Source of the DNA: Candidatus Woesebacteria bacterium GW2011_GWA1_44_23
Lineage (GTDB): Bacteria > Patescibacteriota > Microgenomatia > UBA8517
Length of the DNA stretch: 64,000 nucleotides
NCBI GenBank assembly: GCA_001001045.1
Contig: LCIL01000002.1
Span: 9,127-73,126 of the forward strand
Direction: 5' to 3'
The notes beneath the pieces are model-generated. The model searched no databases, was not told where the DNA came from, and saw only the letters and a list, made by a program, of their open reading frames with translations. Positions 57,401-64,000 of this stretch are shown here, piece by piece. Made by a program: the position numbers and the translations under genes. Positions within the stretch are counted from its first letter, which is position 1; each line of letters starts with the position of its first letter.

Positions 57401-58013
57401 CTCTTTCCATTTCCCTTATCACCTTGGGGTAACTTTTTTTATCCGCCGGATCAATCCCCATTAGTTTCCCAAGTTTAATCCTGATATTGGGATTTTGGGC
57501 CCAACAGCCAAGTGTCAAACCAAGATAGATTCTCTGCCATTCCTGGTCTTCCCAGAGCATGTCGATATCCCAATCAACTACCGCTCGCCTGTCCTTCTTA
57601 ATTTTCTGAATGATTTTCTGCAGTTGGGGCATTTCTCGATCAACGCTCCGAATTATTCGGTACGCCAATTGAGGCCCCGTTGGACTTTCCTCATTGAAAA
57701 CACCTACCAAATTAAGGTCAAGCCCCAATGCGACCGCCATGCCAATGTCTACCCTTGAACCTTCCGAAGGTTCTCCTCCCAAATTCCATAAAATATCAAC
57801 CCTTCCTCCCTCCTCGGCAGCTTTATGCAAGAAATTTAATTCCGTCATAACAATGTTGTAGCCGGTTGCATCATCCTGAGGAGCGTCATCAATGGGGTTA
57901 AAAACTCTGGCACCTTGTTTATGAAGAGACTCTACGTGTTTAGCAATTTGATCCGCCTGGTCCTCCGTGACTTTCCTGACAGGAGCTAATACGTAAACAC
58001 GTTCTTTCGACAT
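57360..58013 (-). CDS. Hypothetical protein, nucleoside 2-deoxyribosyltransferase-like fold
   Basis: VYVLAP...VFNP...SEGSRVDIGMAVALG resembles the NDT pattern, with Asp at the usual Glu position. Confidence 0.5.
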   Translation of the reverse strand: MSKERVYVLAPVRKVTEDQADQIAKHVESLHKQGARVFNPIDDAPQDDATGYNIVMTELNFLHKAAEEGGRVDILWNLGGEPSEGSRVDIGMAVALGLDLNLVGVFNEESPTGPQLAYRIIRSVDREMPQLQKIIQKIKKDRRAVVDWDIDMLWEDQEWQRIYLGLTLGCWAQNPNIRIKLGKLMGIDPADKKSYPKVIREMERVRVFVPKPRGESY

Positions 58014-58060
58014 ATTACGTAATATACATCCACAATCTCTGAAGTCAATCTAAGGAGGAA

Positions 58061-59551
58061 CTAGAGAATAAAAAGTCCCACCAGGCCCACTAAACCAACA
58101 TAAATTGCACAGGGAATTATTACACCTTTTAGTATTTTCCTTTCCTCATTTTTTAGTCCGACCGCAGCCTCTGCTGCCATTATGTCGGCCAGTGCGATCA
58201 TGTTTCCTGCCGCTGCTCCGACAAGGGCCAATGCCAAAATTTTATCTACGCTAAAATTCAGTTCCCCAGCGGCAGCGGCCAAAAAGTTGCCAAACATCAA
58301 ATTGGAAACGGTTATGCTTCCTGTAAGGAAGCTCCCGAAAGCTCCAACAATTGGTGCCCAAAGAGGTAAAAAGATATTTTTAACATGAACTGCAAGAAAT
58401 TCGACCATCGACGGGAGAGATTTTAAATTGTTGACCGATGTAACCATTATTTGTGAAATTGCGGACATAAAAACAATCACCCAAAATGGTCCCAATGATC
58501 TTTTAAATGCTAATTTTATGGAAGATTTGAAAAAAACCACATCTCTTTTAAACGCCAACAAAGCCACGAATCCTGCAATCATAAATGCAAAGCCCGGATT
58601 AAAGTAGGCAAATGTATGCCTAATTATTATCGGAATTTGAACCCCAGAACTTCCAAGGATAAACTTTCCGGCAATTAAAATCAGGATTAAAAGTAAATAA
58701 GGAAACATAACCCTGCCGGGAGAAAGCGTTGCGGGGCGCGGATTGTCCACAAGTTCTTTTTCCTTCCTGGGTACAAAAATTCCTAGCTTCGTAGTGGCAA
58801 ACACCAGGGCAAGGCCGATTACGGATCCAATTATTGAAGGGAATTCCTGGCCGAAAGGTACCGTTAGGATCGACGGTACGCAAAAAGCGATACCGGCCCA
58901 GATAGCAAAAGGCAGGGCTTCAAAAAATTCCTTTCTACTTTCCTTCTTGCCTTTGATCAAAAACCACAGCATAAAAACAGGTACCAATATTCCTACCAAA
59001 TTAATATACGCCGCAGTCAGAGGAACCGAAGCTCCTGCAAGAGAACCGAAGCCTACTTTAATTGGGGTCCCGGCGGCACCAAAAATACCAGAGGTACTAT
59101 TTCCCAAAATGGCAATTATGGCAGCGTTTATAGGAGCAATTCCAAGCCCAACCAGAAGAGGGGCAACGACTATCGAGGGGGTCCCAAACCCGGCAGTTCC
59201 TTCCAAAAAATTTTCAAAAAACCAGGCCAGAAATATTACCTGTATACGAAGATCTTTCGAAATGGATTCCAGGTGGTAGCCAATGTTCTCGATAATTTTT
59301 GTTCCCCGCATAATTTCCAGGAAAAAAATGGCTCCGAAAATGATAAAAAATATATCAAGGGCCACAAAAAACCCCTTTAAAAGGGAGCCTAAAATATATG
59401 CAGGATAAACCTGCCAATAAACCGCGGCTAGGGCGATCACCAGGACTAAAGTAATAAAAGAAACCCAAATAAGCGGAGTCTTTCTCCAGAGAAGAAGTAT
59501 TAAAAACAGGATAAAAGGAGAGGCTGCTAGAACTGCCGGCAAAAGAGTCAT
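58061..59551 (-). CDS. lctP: L-lactate permease family
   Basis: FLEGTAGFGTP, FGAAGTP, G.FLTGS.TVSNLMF, AGNMI. Confidence 0.88.
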   Translation of the reverse strand: MTLLPAVLAASPFILFLILLLWRKTPLIWVSFITLVLVIALAAVYWQVYPAYILGSLLKGFFVALDIFFIIFGAIFFLEIMRGTKIIENIGYHLESISKDLRIQVIFLAWFFENFLEGTAGFGTPSIVVAPLLVGLGIAPINAAIIAILGNSTSGIFGAAGTPIKVGFGSLAGASVPLTAAYINLVGILVPVFMLWFLIKGKKESRKEFFEALPFAIWAGIAFCVPSILTVPFGQEFPSIIGSVIGLALVFATTKLGIFVPRKEKELVDNPRPATLSPGRVMFPYLLLILILIAGKFILGSSGVQIPIIIRHTFAYFNPGFAFMIAGFVALLAFKRDVVFFKSSIKLAFKRSLGPFWVIVFMSAISQIMVTSVNNLKSLPSMVEFLAVHVKNIFLPLWAPIVGAFGSFLTGSITVSNLMFGNFLAAAAGELNFSVDKILALALVGAAAGNMIALADIMAAEAAVGLKNEERKILKGVIIPCAIYVGLVGLVGLFIL

Positions 59552-59605
59552 TGTTCACATTCTAAACCAAAAGTACTCAGGCTTAAAGATTCTTCCTAAA
59601 TTTGT

Positions 59606-60028
59606 TTAATATATGCCCTGTATTTCCCTCAACAAACGCTGGTAGAGCAGGTGCGTTCTTTGGGCAACGTCCGTGTGTCTTAATATGGATGATGGAGATT
59701 TCCGTACATATTCCATACCTTCAGGATAATCATCGCCGAATTGGGTTTGTGTAAAGTCTTTAATTCTTTTATCAGGAAGAAGATTAACCCAGTGGAATTC
59801 CAAATGCTTATATTTTGGGAGTGATTTCAAATCAGCCCGTAATAGTAAACCACCAAAAATTGGCCTCGCAACTAAAGAAACCGGAACACATGTACCATAA
59901 AGGGGATTATCCGGAGTCCACCTTTCCGGATCATATGAAATGCTGGCATCACAAATTCTGGGAAGAATCTGTTCAAACTCTTTTTCTGATATTTGGATTT
60001 CGGAAAACCTAGTTCTTTCTAATTTCAT
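59606..60028 (-). CDS. YunG-like protein
   Basis: W.PDNP..G.C...S......GG...HWVN....DFT..QF. Confidence 0.6.
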   Translation of the reverse strand: MKLERTRFSEIQISEKEFEQILPRICDASISYDPERWTPDNPLYGTCVPVSLVARPIFGGLLLRADLKSLPKYKHLEFHWVNLLPDKRIKDFTQTQFGDDYPEGMEYVRKSPSSILRHTDVAQRTHLLYQRLLREIQGIY

Positions 60029-60037
60029 ACGCGGTAT

Positions 60038-61177
60038 TTATACGTTGAATCGGGCCAGATCGTCAAGGTGTTTCATAAAACTCTCCGAAATGAGAGTCCT
60101 GTTATTCGAATAGTTTTCAAGCCACCTGTAAGTATCATTCACAAAATATTTTATTTCTTTAGTGGGAATGTTTTCCAAATCGGGGTCGTGATAATAAATT
60201 CTTCCCAAGGTCATTCTTCTGCATTTTACACAGCTACCGCACCAGTGTTTAGGACTTTTTTCCGCAAGAAATTGTGTTTCTCTCTCCCATTTCCTACGAA
60301 TATTGTGAAGCTGGTGCTCAGCTGAAAAACAATTCTGCACCAAGGGCAGAATATCAATCCCCATCTCCGATTCCAATTTAAGTACCGCCCCTACTGTTTC
60401 AACATCGTGCGCGTCCATTCCTTCTACTTGAGAACTAAGACCTGTGCCTTTTATCAGTTTATTAAAAAATATCCAAGCAGGCTTATATTCACTAAAGTGA
60501 GCATCGGGCTTTGTCTGCATATCTCCCTCTATAAAAATTTTTTCAACGTTAAATTGCTCAGCCGTCATTACGGTAACCAGGGCCAAAAACATATCCCGGG
60601 TGCGCATTACGGCAGACCCGGTATTGTCAGTTCCGTTTCTTAACCTTATTTCTGTGTATGGAACCCCAAAAACTTCCGCTTGAAGCCTGCTTGCCATCGC
60701 CTCTTTGTAATTCCCTTTGGGATTTAAGTTTCTAAGGTGGGTAATCATCACTTTCTGGTTTTCGTTAAGAAGCGTCGCCACTCTATAGACGGAGTCGAGT
60801 CCTCCTGAATGAGCATTTGCATATAATACCTTTTCCGTTTTTTTACCGTTCGCTGTAACAAACTTTGGGCGAGTTTGTTCGCTACCTTTAACTATCTTGG
60901 GCGGGGTAAAACCATAATGTTTATATAACTCATCCAAAAACACCCCGTAATCGACATTAAAATTTGTTTCAATTTTTTTTGGAAAATGACGGATTACCAA
61001 GTGTGCCAGCATTACCGTACGCAGAAGTTCTTGTGAAGATAATGGAGTACCCGCACCAAAATCAACTGGTTCCTCGATAAAAAGACTCCTGTCGTTATTT
61101 GTTGCTTTAAACGTTAAACCAAACGGATTTTTTGGAGAAAGATTCACTTGGATTTGCCCGGCACGCTCGGTATTCAT
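60038..61177 (-). CDS. QueC-like PP-loop (adenine nucleotide alpha-hydrolase) protein with N-terminal extension
   Basis: HSGGLDS, RTRDMFL, NCF...WCGSCVKC zinc site. Confidence 0.7.
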   Translation of the reverse strand: MNTERAGQIQVNLSPKNPFGLTFKATNNDRSLFIEEPVDFGAGTPLSSQELLRTVMLAHLVIRHFPKKIETNFNVDYGVFLDELYKHYGFTPPKIVKGSEQTRPKFVTANGKKTEKVLYANAHSGGLDSVYRVATLLNENQKVMITHLRNLNPKGNYKEAMASRLQAEVFGVPYTEIRLRNGTDNTGSAVMRTRDMFLALVTVMTAEQFNVEKIFIEGDMQTKPDAHFSEYKPAWIFFNKLIKGTGLSSQVEGMDAHDVETVGAVLKLESEMGIDILPLVQNCFSAEHQLHNIRRKWERETQFLAEKSPKHWCGSCVKCRRMTLGRIYYHDPDLENIPTKEIKYFVNDTYRWLENYSNNRTLISESFMKHLDDLARFNV

Positions 61178-61203
61178 AAATTTCCCGATTGTAGCACTTT
61201 TAA

Positions 61204-61770
61204 CTACTTAACTCTGCCGAGATACTCTCCTGTGGTTGTATCAAGTTGGATTTTTTCTCCAACCTTGATGAATAAGGGAACTTGAACTTCGATCCCCGTT
61301 TCGAGTTTTACAGTTTTTTTGGGAGCATTTACGGTATTGCCAGCCACGCTATCCGGAGACTCGGTTACCTCCAGGGTAACATGTGCCGGGAGTGTGGCAC
61401 CTATGGCTTTACCCTTGTACCATACAATCCAGCATTTTAGGTTTGGCAAAAAATATCCGAATTGATCCTCAACCAGGGCTAGCGGAATCGAAGCCTGGTC
61501 GTAGCTCTTGGGATCCATAAAGGTAAGATCGTCCCCGTCTCTATATAAATATTCCATTTCTTTTTTCTCAATCTCGGCAATCTCAACACTTTCGCCGGTT
61601 TTATAAGTAAACTCCCCTGCAGAGCCAGTCTGAACGTTTTTAAACTTAATACGCATAACCGGTGAGCCTTTCCCTGGAGACATAAATTCCGTTTTTGTGA
61701 CATAAACGGGGGCTCCTTTAAAAATAATGAAGCTGCCTTTTATGATGTTGCCTGCGTTTATTGTGTCCAT
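61204..61770 (-). CDS. efp: Elongation factor P
   Basis: PGKG loop, YLYRDGD, GNT...K...LETG..VQVPLFI..GE. Confidence 0.96.
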   Translation of the reverse strand: MDTINAGNIIKGSFIIFKGAPVYVTKTEFMSPGKGSPVMRIKFKNVQTGSAGEFTYKTGESVEIAEIEKKEMEYLYRDGDDLTFMDPKSYDQASIPLALVEDQFGYFLPNLKCWIVWYKGKAIGATLPAHVTLEVTESPDSVAGNTVNAPKKTVKLETGIEVQVPLFIKVGEKIQLDTTTGEYLGRVK

Positions 61771-61857
61771 CGCACGCGTATTTTACCATTTCGCCAGTGA
61801 AATGACCAAGCTCTGCTAATTACGGATGTGCCAAGATTCGGCAATCTCAATCCAGGC

Positions 61858-62838
61858 TCAAAGGTCAAATATTTCTCCGGCGGGAAAGAACATGGTTTCG
61901 GAGACTGAAGGAACATCCGCCGCAAGCATAATGAGTCTGTCAACGCCAACCGCAATACCGGAAACCGCAGGTAGACCTTCCTTCAGAGCTTCTATCAAGT
62001 CTTCGTCAATCGGATATTCTATTTTTCTCTGCCGCTTTCTTTCTGCCAAATCCGCTTCGAAACGTTTCTTTTGTTCCTTGGCATCCGTCAGCTCCGAAAA
62101 ACAGTTCCCCATTTCTACCCCCGCCAAAAACACTTCAAATCTTTCCGCAAACCGGCCGTCTGCTGCTTTTTTAGAAAGGGATGCTTGGGAAATCGGGTAG
62201 TTATAAATAAAGTAAGGCTTTCTCAACTTCAAAAGCGCCGGTTCAATCTTGTTAAAAAATATTTGATAAAAATCTTCATCTGCAACATCCTCAATTTTAA
62301 GTCCTGCGTATTTGGTAAAAGCTTCCTCAAAACTAATTCTCGGCCAAGGAAGACTCAAATCATAACTCTCCCCCTGATAATCCCACTTGGACAAATCTGC
62401 CTTGGGGTTAACGCTTGTGATGATCTTAGTAAAAAGATGTTCAAAATCCTTCATTACGTCCGTATAATCGGCATGAATTTTGTACCATTCAAGCATCGTG
62501 AATTCCGGGTTATGAAGAGAACTTACTTCCTCTTCATTCCTGAAACACTTCGTAATTTCAAAGCAATTACCGATTCCCGCCGCAAGAAGTTTTTTGATTG
62601 AAAACTCGGGACTCATAATTAAAAACCCTTGACGTTTTAATCCTTTTGAGGTTCTGAGTTCGGTTTGGAAAACTTCCAAATTCGGCTCGATTGAAGGAAT
62701 GGGCACCAAGATCGGAGTAAAAACCTCATGAAAGTTTCTATCCTTAAAAAAAGACCTAATCGTATCAATTACCTTTTCCCGGACCAGATACCGGTTAATC
62801 AGCTTCGGATTATTTTTGATTCTTTGCCAAGTGCGCAT
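61858..62838 (-). CDS. epmA: EF-P lysyltransferase (LysRS catalytic-domain paralogue)
   Basis: SPEF..KKLLAAG, FRNEE...HNPEFTMLEWY, ERFE, G.AVGVDRL; no anticodon-binding domain; next to efp. Confidence 0.92.
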   Translation of the reverse strand: MRTWQRIKNNPKLINRYLVREKVIDTIRSFFKDRNFHEVFTPILVPIPSIEPNLEVFQTELRTSKGLKRQGFLIMSPEFSIKKLLAAGIGNCFEITKCFRNEEEVSSLHNPEFTMLEWYKIHADYTDVMKDFEHLFTKIITSVNPKADLSKWDYQGESYDLSLPWPRISFEEAFTKYAGLKIEDVADEDFYQIFFNKIEPALLKLRKPYFIYNYPISQASLSKKAADGRFAERFEVFLAGVEMGNCFSELTDAKEQKKRFEADLAERKRQRKIEYPIDEDLIEALKEGLPAVSGIAVGVDRLIMLAADVPSVSETMFFPAGEIFDL

Positions 62839-62858
62839 ATGAGGGTATTATATATCTT

Positions 62859-63239
62859 GTGAGGAAAGTGATCATTGTCAAAAAAACGGGTAAAAAGGGA
62901 CGCGGGGTTTTTGCCCTCAAGGATTTTAAAGAGGGGGAAATAATTGAAACGTGCCCTGTAATTAATATTACTCCCAAGGAAAGAAGGATTGTTGAAAAAA
63001 CAATCTTTAATTACTACATCTACCCTTGGCGAAGTACCCTAAGCGGTTCGCTGGCCTTGGGCTACGGCTCGATCTATAACCATGCTTACTCCCCCAACGC
63101 GGACTGGAAGCAGAATTTTAAAACAAACTCCATGGTATATAGGGCAGTTAAACCCATTAAAAAAGGTGAAGAAATCACCGTTAACTATAACGGCGAGCCC
63201 GATGACCAAACCCCGGTTGATTGGTTTGAAGTATCTTGA
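62859..63239 (+). CDS. SET-domain protein (putative lysine methyltransferase)
   Basis: KGRGVFA, YNHAYSPN, IKKGEEITVNY. Confidence 0.9.
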   Translation: MRKVIIVKKTGKKGRGVFALKDFKEGEIIETCPVINITPKERRIVEKTIFNYYIYPWRSTLSGSLALGYGSIYNHAYSPNADWKQNFKTNSMVYRAVKPIKKGEEITVNYNGEPDDQTPVDWFEVS

Positions 63240-63243
63240 GAGT

Positions 63244-63728
63244 CTATGGAGTAAACGGTTTACCGTTAAAGAGGACTTCGATCCCCCCAGTGTCTCCATC
63301 TCACAATTCATAAGTAACCCCCGCCTCCATAAACATTTGTCTGGCGATTTCGATCGGTTCTTTCCAGTGATCGGGGGAGGAATCAAAGGTTTTTTTATGT
63401 CCAATCACTTTAATTATTCCCGAATCAATAATTGATTTCGCGCAATCGTTACAGGCAACCCAGCTTCCGTACATCGTAAGCCTTCCGTTTTAACCCCGTT
63501 TCTGGCTGCATATAAAATCGAGGCATGTTCTGCATGAACAACATATAAATATTTCGCGGGTCTTTCCAACCGTTCCGGGCTTTCAACCACACCTTTCGGA
63601 AAACAATTTGTTCCCCAAGCAACAACCCTTCCGCTTCCGTCAACCAAAATCGCCCCATTTTGAGTGCTTCTATCGGTGCTGTTTTTAGCCGCAAACTCGT
63701 AAGCTTGCCTTAAGTATTCTTTGGACAT
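63244..63728 (-). pseudogene. dCMP deaminase (ComEB-like) pseudogene
   Basis: HAE motif in one frame and ACNDC motif in another after a frameshift at ~63480; in-frame TGA at 63301-63303. Confidence 0.8.
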
Positions 63729-63799
63729 TTCTGATGCTGAAGTTACAGCAACTGGATAGATTAGGCGCAAGTGGGAAAACGTGATACAATACGTAAACT

Positions 63800-64000
63800 A
63801 TGGGAAATTTTAATAGAGATGGTGACAGGGGCGGCGGATACCGCGGCGGTTTTAACCGCGGCGGAGGCAGGGGTAGTTTTGGCGGACGAGGCGGGGGGTC
63901 TTCTTTCGGTGAGGATAGAGGCAGACGCGAGATGTTTAAAACAGTTTGCAGCAACTGCGAAAAAGAGTGCGAGGTTCCTTTTAGACCCACAAACGGTAAA
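63800..64000 (+). CDS. CxxC-x17-CxxC zinc-ribbon protein with RGG-rich N-terminus (truncated by the window end)
   Basis: MGNFNRDGDRGGG...REMFKTVCSNCEKECEVPFRPTNGK; TGaTACAAT upstream. Confidence 0.85.
   Translation, partial: MGNFNRDGDRGGGYRGGFNRGGGRGSFGGRGGGSSFGEDRGRREMFKTVCSNCEKECEVPFRPTNGK

Noticed and set aside
63301-63303. In-frame TGA as evidence for genetic code 25 or selenocysteine
   Set aside because: Many intact genes here end in TGA (e.g. 5364, 11909, 63239), and the same gene also has a frameshift
63820-63900. G-rich repeats as a G-quadruplex or repeat element
   Set aside because: Explained by RGG/GGG codons of the zinc-ribbon protein N-terminus

Overview
Gene-dense bacterial chromosomal segment using standard code 11 (TGA is a stop). 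Gene content and style point, by inference, to a Patescibacteria/CPR organism, probably Microgenomates: archaeal-type TPI, split transketolase, ATP-dependent ligase, stand-alone 5'-3' exonuclease, VirD4-like ATPase, and -10 boxes sitting almost directly on start codons. In order, the window holds: a PilB/GspE ATPase; a divergent cassette of an N-acyl-amino-acid-synthase/LuxI-fold acyltransferase plus a ThiF adenylyltransferase facing a 7TM histidine kinase (internally deleted and frameshifted) plus a receiver protein; a thioredoxin/copper block with a CsoR operator; DNA repair genes; ftsH followed by an unexplained ~105-nt structured RNA candidate; trpS; three tRNAs (elongator Met, an atypical initiator-like Met, and Ile with a UAU anticodon); a B12-dependent nrdR-nrdJ-pduO operon with NrdR boxes; two PBP1A genes; a glycolysis/pentose-phosphate cluster; a minimal cobalamin riboswitch ahead of a DUF4430 + S-component-like pair; a QueC-like/YunG-like pair; efp-epmA; a SET protein; and a dCMP deaminase pseudogene. 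The best candidate for an undescribed system is the acyltransferase/ThiF/7TM-kinase cassette (a putative small-molecule signalling circuit). No CRISPR array, rRNA or clear mobile element was seen. All calls come from reading motifs by eye; no database searches were run.
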